64,000 bases of DNA, taken from NCBI GenBank assembly GCA_963735115.1, contig CAVTJR010000003.1, positions 1,032,641 to 1,096,640 on the forward strand, in the 5' to 3' direction. The stretch is from an uncultured Actinomycetota bacterium (GTDB taxonomy: Bacteria; Actinomycetota; Acidimicrobiia; Acidimicrobiales; Bog-793). The position numbers were made by a program, and so were the translations under genes. Positions 17,973 to 27,308 of the stretch are shown one piece after another. Under the pieces are notes generated by a model. The model was not told where the DNA came from, made no database searches, and saw only the letters and a program-made list of their open reading frames with translations. Positions within the stretch are counted from its first letter, which is position 1. Each line of letters begins with the position of its first letter.

Positions 17973-18392
17973 TCAGCCCGGCGCTATCCCGACGTAGTGG
18001 CAATCGACGTTCGCCACCGTGCTCATCTTGTCCTTCGCGACGACAACACCACGACTGCTGCAGGCCGAGGCGTCAGTTCCCGACGACGGGACCCCCTCCA
18101 GGCGGTAAGTTCCAGGCGGCACCTGCACCGAGAACTCACCGGTGTTCCCTACTCCCACGCTCGCCACCAACCTGGACCCTTGGACGACCTTGACGACCCC
18201 GGCAGTAGGTATCGGGTGGAACATCATCGGTTGGCTCCCCAATGGCCACGCCAGCAGCCCACGGACGACGGCGGTGTTCGAGGGCGGCGATGAGCACGCC
18301 GCAAGCATCCCGGCCGCCATCAGGCACACGACGGCTACCCCTCGACGCACGATGGTCACAGACTTCCCGACCCCACCCGTCTTGCACCTCAT
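17973..18392 (-). CDS. Lipoprotein with carboxypeptidase-regulatory-like fold
   Basis: Lipobox MLAACSS. It also has GEFSVQVPPGTYRLEG. The start overlaps the upstream stop (ATGA). Confidence 0.55.
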   Translation of the reverse strand: MRCKTGGVGKSVTIVRRGVAVVCLMAAGMLAACSSPPSNTAVVRGLLAWPLGSQPMMFHPIPTAGVVKVVQGSRLVASVGVGNTGEFSVQVPPGTYRLEGVPSSGTDASACSSRGVVVAKDKMSTVANVDCHYVGIAPG

Positions 18393-18817
18393 GGGACCTG
18401 TGCAACGAGGTTTACGCCCCGCACGACCTCACCGGCTGCCACCGTGACCGTCCTGTGGCCGACTCCGACCGAGTGACGCCAGGCGACAACGTACTTGCCA
18501 GGCCGGACCGCGATGGACCACTCGCCGCGGGCCTTGATGGGTGTGCTGTACGTCTTGCCGTGAGCATTCAAGGTCACTACACCCGATAAGGCGATGCAAC
18601 GACCGGGGGCGAATCCGCCGCATCGCTCGACCTCTCCGCTGACGATACCGAGTGACGGCGAGACGGAAGTCGTCGTGGTCGTGCTCGATGTGCTGGTGCT
18701 GGTGGCGCTGGTCGATGTCGTCGTGGTTGATAGCGCCGCGCCCGAACTGCACCCCGCCAGCAACCCCATGGTCATCAGGACGACGACGGCGACGGCTCGA
18801 TGCACGGTGGTCATCAC
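18389..18817 (-). CDS. Lipoprotein with Ser/Thr-rich linker, paralogous to the downstream gene
   Basis: Lipobox LLAGCSS. The linker is TTTTSTSATSTSTSSTTTTTS. It also has GEWSIAVRPGKYVV. Confidence 0.55.
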   Translation of the reverse strand: MMTTVHRAVAVVVLMTMGLLAGCSSGAALSTTTTSTSATSTSTSSTTTTTSVSPSLGIVSGEVERCGGFAPGRCIALSGVVTLNAHGKTYSTPIKARGEWSIAVRPGKYVVAWRHSVGVGHRTVTVAAGEVVRGVNLVAQVP

Positions 18818-19843
18818 TCACGCCGCTCGGAGCGAGTCCAGGACGGTCCTCGCGACCAACCCGTTACCGGCCAGCCCGATGGAGACGACGACCGGTGTGG
18901 CACGCCCAGGCACCGCCACCTTCAGAATGAGTATCGAGTAGGCGGGGCTGGTCGCTGGGCAGGCGGTGAGGCCGTGAAGGTGGAGGCAACGTTTGGAGAA
19001 TGTCATCACCACCGGGAGGTGGGCGGCGCCCTGCTCATCAACCTCCACGCCGTTCTTCGGCTGCTGGGGTCGCATCGCTGGCGGGAGGCAGCCTCCAGGC
19101 GGAAACTCGTACTGATCCGCGCTGAGGGTGACCTCCGTTTTCACGAGAACGACGCCGGAGGGTCCACATTCGTACGCGAGATCCTGTCCCGCCTCTGTTG
19201 TCGGTGTCACCGGCCACGACGCGGGCGCGTCGAAGGTCAGCCCTTGAAAGGTCACGTCGTGCCAGCCGCTCGGAACCAAAGGGGCGGGACCCGATGCCAG
19301 GGTGACGCTGCGGGGCGAGCGCGTCAGCGCGTCAATAACCCGACGCGCCATCGGACCCTGGGCGGTGAGGTCAACACCCAGAGTCGGCGCGTAGTGCGTC
19401 ACGAAGCTGAGACCGTTCGGGCCAAGATAAACCGGCACGCCGTTGTGGATGCTGGGCTTTTCACCTGCGTAGACAGCGGGCACTTGGCGAGTAGGGACGA
19501 GCCACACGAATGTGGCGTGAGGATGGCCTGGGCAGAACATCGTGGTGGGGGTCGGTGCGACGAACAGCGCGCCGGGAGTCGAGAACAACTCACATGGGTT
19601 CTGTCCTGGGTAATACACAGAGAAGGACGCGGGCACCGAGACCTGTGCATCGCCGTAGGCGACCGGCACCCACCCAGCCGGTGTGGCCGACAGGTCCACT
19701 GCGATGGTCGGAGGCGGGTGGCTCGGGACCGTGGTGCTCGTTACCGGACTCGTGGTCGAGACGGCTGCTCCGCTCGTGCAAGCGGCACCCAGCAGCGCCA
19801 CCACGATGAGGGTGACCAGACGACGGGACCGCACAGCTCCCAT
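18818..19843 (-). CDS. Secreted lipoprotein, paralog of 28848-29816
   Basis: The likely start is MGAVRSRRLVTLIVVALLGAACTS (ATG at 19843). It shares WVPVAYGDAQVSVPA near the N-terminus and SIGLAGNGLVARTVLDSLRAA at the C-terminus with the 28848 gene. Confidence 0.65.
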   Translation of the reverse strand: MGAVRSRRLVTLIVVALLGAACTSGAAVSTTSPVTSTTVPSHPPPTIAVDLSATPAGWVPVAYGDAQVSVPASFSVYYPGQNPCELFSTPGALFVAPTPTTMFCPGHPHATFVWLVPTRQVPAVYAGEKPSIHNGVPVYLGPNGLSFVTHYAPTLGVDLTAQGPMARRVIDALTRSPRSVTLASGPAPLVPSGWHDVTFQGLTFDAPASWPVTPTTEAGQDLAYECGPSGVVLVKTEVTLSADQYEFPPGGCLPPAMRPQQPKNGVEVDEQGAAHLPVVMTFSKRCLHLHGLTACPATSPAYSILILKVAVPGRATPVVVSIGLAGNGLVARTVLDSLRAA

Positions 19844-19932
19844 GTTCCCACGAAGCCAGTTCAGGGCGTCTTCGCGTACGCCGAGCCAGAGGCGGCATTC
19901 GACCACGTCAGCCGCGTCGTACCCTGGTCCTC

Positions 19933-20460
19933 GTGAAGGGCTTCGCCATCCTGACTGTCGCTGTGCTGGTGGTCATCGGTGTCGGGGTGGGTGTGGTCGG
20001 CGGACTTCCTTCGGCGGCTCAGAAGTACTCGCTGAACGGCATCTGGTTCTCGGTCGCCTTCCCAGCACGCCTCACCCCTGAACCGACGCTGCTCTCTCCG
20101 TGCTCCGAGGGTGATGGCGGGATGGCGGAGGGCGCTCACCTCGCGCTGGTAGTCGAGGCGCTCGGTCCAACGGGCAAGACTTCGCCGACACCCACCGATG
20201 GCATCCCATCCGCGGCCGTCAGCGCCCACTGCGTCACCGTGGTCGGCGTGGGTCCCTTGACGCCCTGTTCATCGACTCTCGGTGATAACCCGTTCCTCGG
20301 CGTACCGCTCCACCTCACCCCCGGTGAGTACTGCACGTCATTCACTGTTCGACAAGTCGGAAGCGTCACTTTGCTGGTGTCCGCCACGAGCACGAAGGGA
20401 CTAGGAGCCGCCGAGGCGGTCGTGAGGTCGTTCAAGGTGCTGGGGAGTCGGTCACCGTGA
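19933..20460 (+). CDS. Membrane-anchored hypothetical protein
   Basis: 175-aa ORF with an N-terminal TM segment (FAILTVAVLVVIGVGVGVVGG). It is divergent from the lipoprotein operon. Confidence 0.5.
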   Translation: MKGFAILTVAVLVVIGVGVGVVGGLPSAAQKYSLNGIWFSVAFPARLTPEPTLLSPCSEGDGGMAEGAHLALVVEALGPTGKTSPTPTDGIPSAAVSAHCVTVVGVGPLTPCSSTLGDNPFLGVPLHLTPGEYCTSFTVRQVGSVTLLVSATSTKGLGAAEAVVRSFKVLGSRSP

Positions 20461-20575
20461 AAGGCTTCGGCATGGTCACAGCCGCTGTGCTCGTGGCCAT
20501 CGGCATCGGCATCGGTCGTCGGAGGTCTGCCTGCCTTCCAGGTTCGGACCTTCAGCGCATTGAAAGGCGGACGAC

Positions 20576-21031
20576 ATGCGCCGTCTCGCAGTGATGACTC
20601 TGGCCATGTTGGCCTTGGCTATGGGGGCCTGCACCTCGACCACGTCAACTGCATCGCGCCCTGGTACCAGCTCAACTTCGACAACCTCGATTGCGCCTCC
20701 GCCTACCACTCCTGCTCAAGCACTCCGAGTGCAGGTGTTCCTCAGCCCGAGAGCAAAACCGCCCCAACTTGCAGCTTTGCGTGCAATCGTCGAACAAAAC
20801 CCCGAAATCGAATCCTGCTTCTACTTGGACCATCGGCAGAGCTACGAGAACGCCGTCAAGATATTCAAGGCCAAGGGTCAATTGGCGGCGATAGCGTCCT
20901 TAACCGTGGCTACATCACCCCCCGTGGTCGTCTGCAAGCCGAAGCAATCAGCGAACGCTGCTGCGCTGAAAGAGCGTTTCGAGAAGATCCCAGGCGTTTT
21001 CGTAGTCGAGGTCGGCGCTTGGCCGTCCTAG
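20576..21031 (+). CDS. Lipoprotein with FtsX-extracellular-domain-like region
   Basis: Lipobox LAMGACTS and an S/T/P-rich linker. VQVFLSPRAKPPQLAALRAIVEQNPEIESCFYLDHRQSYENAVKIF resembles the FtsX ECD pattern. Confidence 0.55.
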   Translation: MRRLAVMTLAMLALAMGACTSTTSTASRPGTSSTSTTSIAPPPTTPAQALRVQVFLSPRAKPPQLAALRAIVEQNPEIESCFYLDHRQSYENAVKIFKAKGQLAAIASLTVATSPPVVVCKPKQSANAAALKERFEKIPGVFVVEVGAWPS

Positions 21032-21070
21032 CGGGTTGCTTTCTGCGGTCGCAGGAGGCGGCATGATGGT

Positions 21071-21259
21071 TTGATGGCCCAGAAGGCGCTGACACATGGC
21101 GAGATGGCCGACCTCGCCCGGTCCCTCCAAGCTCTTCTGTACGCCATCCAGCGGGACGAGATGACGGCCTCGACGGCGACCGTGTACCGCCTGGAGGGGG
21201 CGGTGACGGCGCTGGACACCGTTCTGGGGAACGACTCGACAACCGAGGGGTCTGAGTGA
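21071..21259 (+). CDS. Small hypothetical protein (62 aa)
   Basis: ORF only. The composition is plausible and I recognise no motif. Confidence 0.3.
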   Translation: MMAQKALTHGEMADLARSLQALLYAIQRDEMTASTATVYRLEGAVTALDTVLGNDSTTEGSE

Positions 21260-21313
21260 AGGGGTTCGCCTACGTGACCACCGTCGTGCTCATCGGGCAA
21301 GATCGCCAAGGCG

Positions 21314-21799
21314 ATGGCCGAGTTGCGACATGATGAACAAGTGCCTCATGGATGGACGCCCCGCGGATGGATGCGCTGGTCGAGAACCGGCATTCTACCT
21401 GCCGGATCAGAGCCGGAGCGCCGGTTTATCGGTGGGATGCGACTTGGCAGATTTGCTTGGACTCGGCTGGATGCCTTTAATGCGACGTGGCCGTTGGTCG
21501 CTCTGGAGGTTCACTCGGCGGGCGTGCGGCTTGTGCCCACCATCGGTCTCATCCCTCGTCCTCCAACCTGGGAGGCGCGCTACGACGAGTTGAGCGAGGT
21601 GCGGGCTGTCGGAAAGCTCCCTATCGTCACGACCGGCGTCCGCTTGCGGGTCGGAGACGGAGAAGACGAGTGGGTCGTTTTCTGGCACTTCCGACGTCGA
21701 AAGCCGATGCAGGCGTTGGAGAACCGAGGGATAAGGGTGCGGTGGGACGCCGACCGACTGAACTACTTCAATCCTGGGCGACGAGCCTCCGACCAGTGA
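21314..21799 (+). CDS. Hypothetical protein (possibly bacterial PH-like)
   Basis: 161-aa ORF. I recognise no motif with confidence. Confidence 0.4.
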   Translation: MAELRHDEQVPHGWTPRGWMRWSRTGILPAGSEPERRFIGGMRLGRFAWTRLDAFNATWPLVALEVHSAGVRLVPTIGLIPRPPTWEARYDELSEVRAVGKLPIVTTGVRLRVGDGEDEWVVFWHFRRRKPMQALENRGIRVRWDADRLNYFNPGRRASDQ

Positions 21800-22184
21800 G
21801 TCTATGTTCTGCTGGCACTTCGGCACCGTCGTGAGGCTGTGTAGCTGGGGAAGCGACGCTACCGGTCGGTCTGCGCCCTCTTGAAACTGTTCGGGTGGAT
21901 ATAGCAACCGACCTTCAGGAGGTCGGCCTGGCGGCGTGCTGGGTCCTGCTCGGCGACGAACGCCTTGCGGTCCGCGCCGCGCCAGCGTCGGAACCGTTCC
22001 CGAGGTTCGTAGCGAACGAGCGGGGCGGTGCCGTGCCAGCTCGAACGTGCACGCCTACGCTTCACGACCTCAAAGCTACGCCCGTGGATTTCGCCAAATT
22101 CGAGCACGCCCGCGACGAAGGAGAGTTCTCACGGCCTATTCGTTATGACTCTGGCGGCGTTCCACCTCATGTTGGTCGCACCCG

Positions 22185-22988
22185 TCAAGGTCCGCCAGGA
22201 AGGGGCGTGAAACCGGTGGGGCAGCCAGCACCATCACCACCCGGCGCAACCTCCCACCAGGGACCGTCCAGATGAAGAACGCATTGACCATCGGCTGGCA
22301 ACGGACCTCGGTAGTAGATATAGCCGTAATCGTTCACCGCATCGAACTCGACGTACCCTGCGCTGGCGCACACCCACGAGACGCGCCCGAGGCTCGGTAC
22401 CTCCGGGAAGTGCGCGCCGGAGATGCACTGTGAAGCTGAAGAGGCTGCTGCTAGCGCGAGGGGAAGCAACCGGTTGAGCTTGCTTTCATCGTGGACTCGA
22501 AACTGGAGGCCGAGTCCGTTCGGCACCAACGACAGACACCCCGTTAGGGCGAGGATGGCCAGCGGGAGCGCCAACCAACGCCACGGTCTGGCAGGCTTCT
22601 CGTCGGTGCGTCCGTTGTAGGAGAAAACGCCGATGACGCAGATGACGAGGAACATCAGCTCGACATAGAAAGGCGAGACTTCGTCGCCGGGGGACGCCCA
22701 CAAGAAACCCCCGCAAGCCAGCACCACTCCCGCGAGGGCGAGCAATACCGCCACGCTCCCCAGCTCGGCTACTCCCCGTTTGCTGAACATCCTGAACAGC
22801 CCGTAGCCGAGCAGGCCGAGTCCCAGCCCCGTCGAGGCGACGATGAGGGCGGGAGCGGTAACCGGCTGGGCGAGGTGGAGCAGCAACCACCCGACGAGGA
22901 CCTGCACGGCGACCGTCGCGAGAAGCCAGATGCACGCTGCCACGCGGTAGTACCAAACCCGACTGGTCCTGACCGGCGTGCTCGTCAC
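22185..22988 (-). CDS. Polytopic membrane protein with Cys-containing C-terminal domain
   Basis: 267-aa ORF with about 5 hydrophobic helices. The C-terminal domain carries 4 Cys. Confidence 0.55.
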   Translation of the reverse strand: MTSTPVRTSRVWYYRVAACIWLLATVAVQVLVGWLLLHLAQPVTAPALIVASTGLGLGLLGYGLFRMFSKRGVAELGSVAVLLALAGVVLACGGFLWASPGDEVSPFYVELMFLVICVIGVFSYNGRTDEKPARPWRWLALPLAILALTGCLSLVPNGLGLQFRVHDESKLNRLLPLALAAASSASQCISGAHFPEVPSLGRVSWVCASAGYVEFDAVNDYGYIYYRGPLPADGQCVLHLDGPWWEVAPGGDGAGCPTGFTPLPGGP

Positions 22989-23469
22989 CGTGTTCGTAGC
23001 CTACGACCGGGCTGGAGCGGTCGCTAGGTCGGTCGAAGTCGCGGCGTCGAAGGTTCTCGAATCCGGCTCCCTACCTGGGGCGTGCTCGGTCGGGACGCCG
23101 TAGAAGGTCGGTACCTCCCCCTGGGTCGAACATGTGCGAAATCAGGACGGGAGCGGCAGCGCGTCCGGGTACCCCTACCCCCCGGTTGGGTCCCATCTCC
23201 CTTTCCCGACAGGGGACACCCCGGTGAGGACTCTCCGTAGCCACCCGGATTTCCCCAACCTGCAAGGCGCAGGTGACCGAGGGCGTCATAGAGGTCGTGC
23301 CTTCTCGTACAACCCATACGAGGAACGCACGGTCGGCCCCCAAGCCGCTCAAGCTCGTATGGGTCTTGCGGCCCTACTCGTCGAGACCGCTGCCCCTTAC
23401 CATCATCGGTGGGTGTGCCCACTCCACCCTGCCAGGGTCTCGGAGCTGGCGATATGGAGAGGGCGGGAT

Positions 23470-24612
23470 ATGGTCATGAGGCCACGTTCAGTGCGAAGCC
23501 CCAAGGCTCGAAGGGCTGGAACCGCGGTGGTTACGGCTCTGCTGCTCGCGACGGCGGCCTGCGCTTCGACGGCAACGACAAAGCCCGTGTCCACGTCGCA
23601 CCCTGAAACCGTGGCTATCGCGACATCCAGCTCGCCGTTTGTGCCCGAGATGATGGCGAGGGCGTCGGGGAAAGTTGTTTACGTGCTGGGGACCGTGGCC
23701 TGCCCGACCGGGGTCTGCTCTCGCCTGCTCCGCAGCAGCGACGACGGGTCGTCCTTCGAGCCGGTCAGCCTTCCGGTGCCGGGGTTCGTCGTGGGTGCAG
23801 TTCAAGAACTGCGGTTTGCCAACCCGACCGATGGATACCTGCTCTACGGGCAGCCGGTCAACGACGTGCTCTACGTGACCGACGATTCTGCCCATAGCTG
23901 GCGAGCCGTCAACTTCGGCTCGAAGCTGTCGGTTCTCTCCATCGCCACGACGCCGCAGTTGGCTTATGCGACAGTCTCGAAGCCTTCGGCGGGCAGGTGG
24001 GGGTCCTACCGGCTTGCGAGGTCGGTGGCCGGTTCCTCGAACTGGACGGTCGTCTCGGTCGCCCGAGCGGAGAGATACAGCGAGACGCTTGTGGGCGCCG
24101 CTGTCGGGGAGCGGGTGTGGCTTGTTGCGGGCAACGGAACGGGTGACGTGACGCTCTCGCTCTCGGTGAACGAGGGAACGTCCTTTACCGACATCTGGAA
24201 TGGGGCCGGTCTCATCAGTTGCGGACCGTTCGCGACCTCCGACACCGTGGTCTGGCTCGACTGTTCAGGCGGGACGATGGCGGACTGGTTTCGCTCGACT
24301 GACGGCGGACGCCACTTTCGCTTCATATCCGCCCTTCGGCCGTATCACACCGCGCCATTCGACCCGGTCGGCAATACGGTTGTCTTCACCTGCCTCCCTG
24401 CGGGTTCGGGTGCCGATGTATACCGAAGCACCAATGGCGGGGAGACCTTCGAGGTGAGAGGGAAGGTGCCGGTAAAGGACGTACAAGGCGCGGATGTGTC
24501 GTTCGCCAACAGGCAGCAGGGACTCGTCCTCGTCTCGCCCCTCGTTGCTCCCCCGAACGAACTGTTCCGAACCAACGACGGCGGAGTCACCTGGATAAGG
24601 GTTCGGGTGTGA
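23470..24612 (+). CDS. BNR/Asp-box repeat beta-propeller lipoprotein (sialidase/Ycf48-like fold)
   Basis: The start is MVMRPRSV... with lipobox LATAACAS. Asp-box motifs: SSDDGSSF, TDDSAHSW, VNEGTSF, STDGGRHF, STNGGETF, TNDGGVTW. Confidence 0.7.
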   Translation: MVMRPRSVRSPKARRAGTAVVTALLLATAACASTATTKPVSTSHPETVAIATSSSPFVPEMMARASGKVVYVLGTVACPTGVCSRLLRSSDDGSSFEPVSLPVPGFVVGAVQELRFANPTDGYLLYGQPVNDVLYVTDDSAHSWRAVNFGSKLSVLSIATTPQLAYATVSKPSAGRWGSYRLARSVAGSSNWTVVSVARAERYSETLVGAAVGERVWLVAGNGTGDVTLSLSVNEGTSFTDIWNGAGLISCGPFATSDTVVWLDCSGGTMADWFRSTDGGRHFRFISALRPYHTAPFDPVGNTVVFTCLPAGSGADVYRSTNGGETFEVRGKVPVKDVQGADVSFANRQQGLVLVSPLVAPPNELFRTNDGGVTWIRVRV

Positions 24613-24992
24613 ACATACGCAGGCTCGGGGCGACGGCTGTGCCGGCTCGCGGCTGCCTCGCTCTGCGATGAAGTAGCTCGGGAAATGCGGCTTGGCCACG
24701 GAGCCACGGACCTGCTCGAACGAGGTCGTGTTCACGAGCGCCAAATTGTCCGTTCTGGACGGTCCCCGCACGCGCGCCAGGGGGGACCCTGCTGGTGCCG
24801 AACGAGACCGCTCCGCGTTCGTTCAAGGCCGGGTGCGAAGACCATGGACATCCGTATCGCCGAACCCTCGACCGCCAAGCGACACGGTGCCACGATTGGC
24901 ACCAGGGAAGTTCAGTGGCGTCTGGGCCGCCCGCCTGGTCCGTCCGGGTGCGCAGGGACGAGCAGCGGGGTCACCCCAGGTAGCCTGGTGCA

Positions 24993-25190
24993 GTGAGCGA
25001 GACGCGACCGATGCCGAGCTTGCACGACCTACGCGAGGGCTTGCTGCACGCGCCGCCGCCCACCTCTGACGACGTGACGGTGCTGGTCGACGGCCGGCGC
25101 CTCGACACGAAGGAGAAGGTGCTGGCCTGGCTTGCGGAGGTCGAGGAGGACCGGGCAGCCGGGCGCAGCGCGCTCGACGAGCTTGCCTGA
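24993..25190 (+). CDS. Small hypothetical protein (65 aa), possible partner of the downstream nucleotidyltransferase
   Basis: The ORF ends 8 nt after the TTG start of the next gene. Confidence 0.35.
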   Translation: MSETRPMPSLHDLREGLLHAPPPTSDDVTVLVDGRRLDTKEKVLAWLAEVEEDRAAGRSALDELA

Positions 25191-25713
25191 GGACCCCGAG
25201 GCGGACCTGGTCCGGCTCGCGGAGGTGCTTGACCGTCACGGGGTCGAGTACCTGGTCGTGGGTGGCGTCGCAGCTCGAGCTCACGGCGCGAGCCGTCCCA
25301 CGCAAGACCTCGACTGTCTCGTCCGTCGGGCGAGGGAGAACCTGGAGCGCCTCGCCGAAGCGCTGTTGGAGTTGCACGCCCACCTGCGGGTGAGCGGGTT
25401 GTCCGAGGAGGAGATGGCCGCGCTTCCCGTGCGGGTCGACGCGGAGACCCTGGCCAGAGCCGAGCTGTCGACGTGGCGGACCGACGCCGGGGACCTCGAC
25501 CTCCTGGCTGACATCCCCGACCGGCAAGGGACCCGCCAGAAGTACGAGGACCTCCTTGCCCGCTCCAGCCGGATCGACGCGGACGGGGTCTCGATCCGGG
25601 TGGCGAGCCTGGATGACGTCATCGCCTCCAAGGAGTGGGCGGGCCGGGCGAAGGACCGAGAAGCACTCCCCGAGCTCAAGGAGCTCGCACGTCGAGACCG
25701 CGAAAACCCGTGA
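25183..25713 (+). CDS. Minimal nucleotidyltransferase-fold protein
   Basis: VVGGVAARAHGASRPTQDLDCLV fits the GG-x(9-13)-D-x-D nucleotidyltransferase signature. I propose the TTG start at 25183. The ATG at 25132 lies inside the upstream ORF. Confidence 0.5.
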   Translation: MPEDPEADLVRLAEVLDRHGVEYLVVGGVAARAHGASRPTQDLDCLVRRARENLERLAEALLELHAHLRVSGLSEEEMAALPVRVDAETLARAELSTWRTDAGDLDLLADIPDRQGTRQKYEDLLARSSRIDADGVSIRVASLDDVIASKEWAGRAKDREALPELKELARRDRENP

Positions 25714-25866
25714 GCGCGGTCTCGACTTGTCCGAGCCGCCGGTCATGGCTTAAGTCCCAGCGATCGTCCCAGCGTGACTACGTCACCGCCGCCGGTCCAA
25801 TCATGGGCCGGCGACCCTTTCGCCTGGCGCGCCGGAGGACAGGCGAGGCAGCGCGCGAGGCGGCCT

Positions 25867-25889
25867 CCGTGAGAACCGCCGTGAGAACC
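25867..25889 (+). repeat. Tandem CCGTGAGAACC x2 near the right end of island 2
   Basis: Two perfect 11-nt copies are separated by 1 nt, about 140 bp inside att copy 3. Confidence 0.3.
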
Positions 25890-26028
25890 AAAGCTCCGAA
25901 AAAACTGGCAACGAGGGGTTAGCAGCGGTCAACGACTCGGCTTAGCGATCGCTCAAGACACCATGTCATAGGCACTATTTGTCACCTTCGGTCACGAGCG
26001 GGAAGCAGGTGAAAATGACTCAGCCCGA

Positions 26029-26072
26029 ACTGGGGGTCAAGAGGTCCCGGGTTCAAATCCCGGCAGCCCGAC
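26029..26072 (+). repeat. att core copy 3 (attR of island 2); partial tRNA, not a gene
   Basis: 44/44 identical to 2222-2265. Confidence 0.85.
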
Positions 26073-26140
26073 TACAAGGCCTTCACCCCATTCAGTGGAC
26101 CACTTTTTGGCCGCCCTGCGATCGAGGCAGAAGGGTCACA

Positions 26141-27145
26141 TCAAGGCTCGGTCGGGGAAGCGCCTTCCACGGGTGGCATCTGCATGGTGATGACAATCTT
26201 GCCGCGCGCGTGCCCGGTTTCGAGATGACGGATCGCATCTGGAGCGCCAGTGAGGGGGTAGACCGTGTCGAGGACGGGCGTGATCTTCCCGGCTTCGACT
26301 AGGTCCTTCAGGACAACCAGGTCGTGCTTTGTGGGCCTTGCGGCAACTGGAAGCAGCCTCTGGCTCACGAACGGCGACAACACCAGCGCTGCGAGGAGTT
26401 GGGTCGCCGGGCCGAGCAACCGGCCACCTCCTCCCCCAACAAGGAGGAGCGTCCCCTTGGGGGCCATGGCACGTCGCAATTCTGACAGTGGACGGTTCCC
26501 GACGGTGTCGAGCATCAGGTCGTACTGCCTCCCACTCCGGGTGAAGTCCTCGGCGGTGTAGTCGATGACTTGGTCGGCGCCGATGGATCGGACCAGTTCT
26601 AGGTTCCTCGTGCTGCACACGCCGGTCACGTCGGCTCCGAACGCCTTGGCGATCTGCACGGCGAAGGTGCCCACGCCTCCGGCCGCACCGCTGATCAGGA
26701 CCCGCTGCCCTGGCTCGACCCGTCCCCGATCGCGAAGAGCCTGGAGGGCGGTGCACGCGGCGATAGGAATGGCCGCGGCCTGCTCAAAGGTGAGCCCGAT
26801 CGGCCTCGGCGCAAAGTCCTGCTCTCGGCCACACACGTACTCGGCGAACGCGCCGTTGCACGTGCCGAACACCTCATCCCCGGCTCGAAACTGCGTCATG
26901 TTGAGGCCGACCTTCTCAACGGTGCCTGCGAGGTCGACGCCGAGAACGGTCCGCTTCGGCCTGCGCAGCCCCGAGGTCAGGCGGATGAAGTACGGCAGAC
27001 CTCTCATCAGGTGCCAGTCAAAGGGATTAACGGACGTCGCGCTGACACGGACGAGCACGCCTCCGTCGTCGACCGCCGGTTTGTCGATATCTGCAAGTTC
27101 GAGGCGTTCGGGTGAACCGTACTGATCGCTCACGATCGCTTTCAT
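26141..27145 (-). CDS. NADPH:quinone oxidoreductase / zinc-type alcohol dehydrogenase (MDR superfamily)
   Basis: The start is MKAIVSDQYGSPERLELADIDKP. The cofactor site is AAGGVGTFAVQIAKAFGA. Confidence 0.85.
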   Translation of the reverse strand: MKAIVSDQYGSPERLELADIDKPAVDDGGVLVRVSATSVNPFDWHLMRGLPYFIRLTSGLRRPKRTVLGVDLAGTVEKVGLNMTQFRAGDEVFGTCNGAFAEYVCGREQDFAPRPIGLTFEQAAAIPIAACTALQALRDRGRVEPGQRVLISGAAGGVGTFAVQIAKAFGADVTGVCSTRNLELVRSIGADQVIDYTAEDFTRSGRQYDLMLDTVGNRPLSELRRAMAPKGTLLLVGGGGGRLLGPATQLLAALVLSPFVSQRLLPVAARPTKHDLVVLKDLVEAGKITPVLDTVYPLTGAPDAIRHLETGHARGKIVITMQMPPVEGASPTEP

Positions 27146-27308
27146 CGCTCTCCCTTGCATACACCGCTCAGCGGCAGCATTATCGGACTCTGCCGCGCAA
27201 CGCAGCGCACGTGTGCGGGACATCGAGCCTCTGAGAACTCCACGGAGCGGGGTTTTCTCGCCCAACTGACCTATCACGAGTATCACGGCCTGGCCGGAGA
27301 AGACGCGG

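Larger units (their letters stand above)
16374..26072. mobile_element. Integrative island 2 in tRNA-Pro (about 9.7 kb), probably immobilised
   Basis: Bounded by att copies 2 and 3. An integrase lies adjacent to copy 2. The cargo is dominated by lipoproteins and secreted proteins. Confidence 0.75.
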
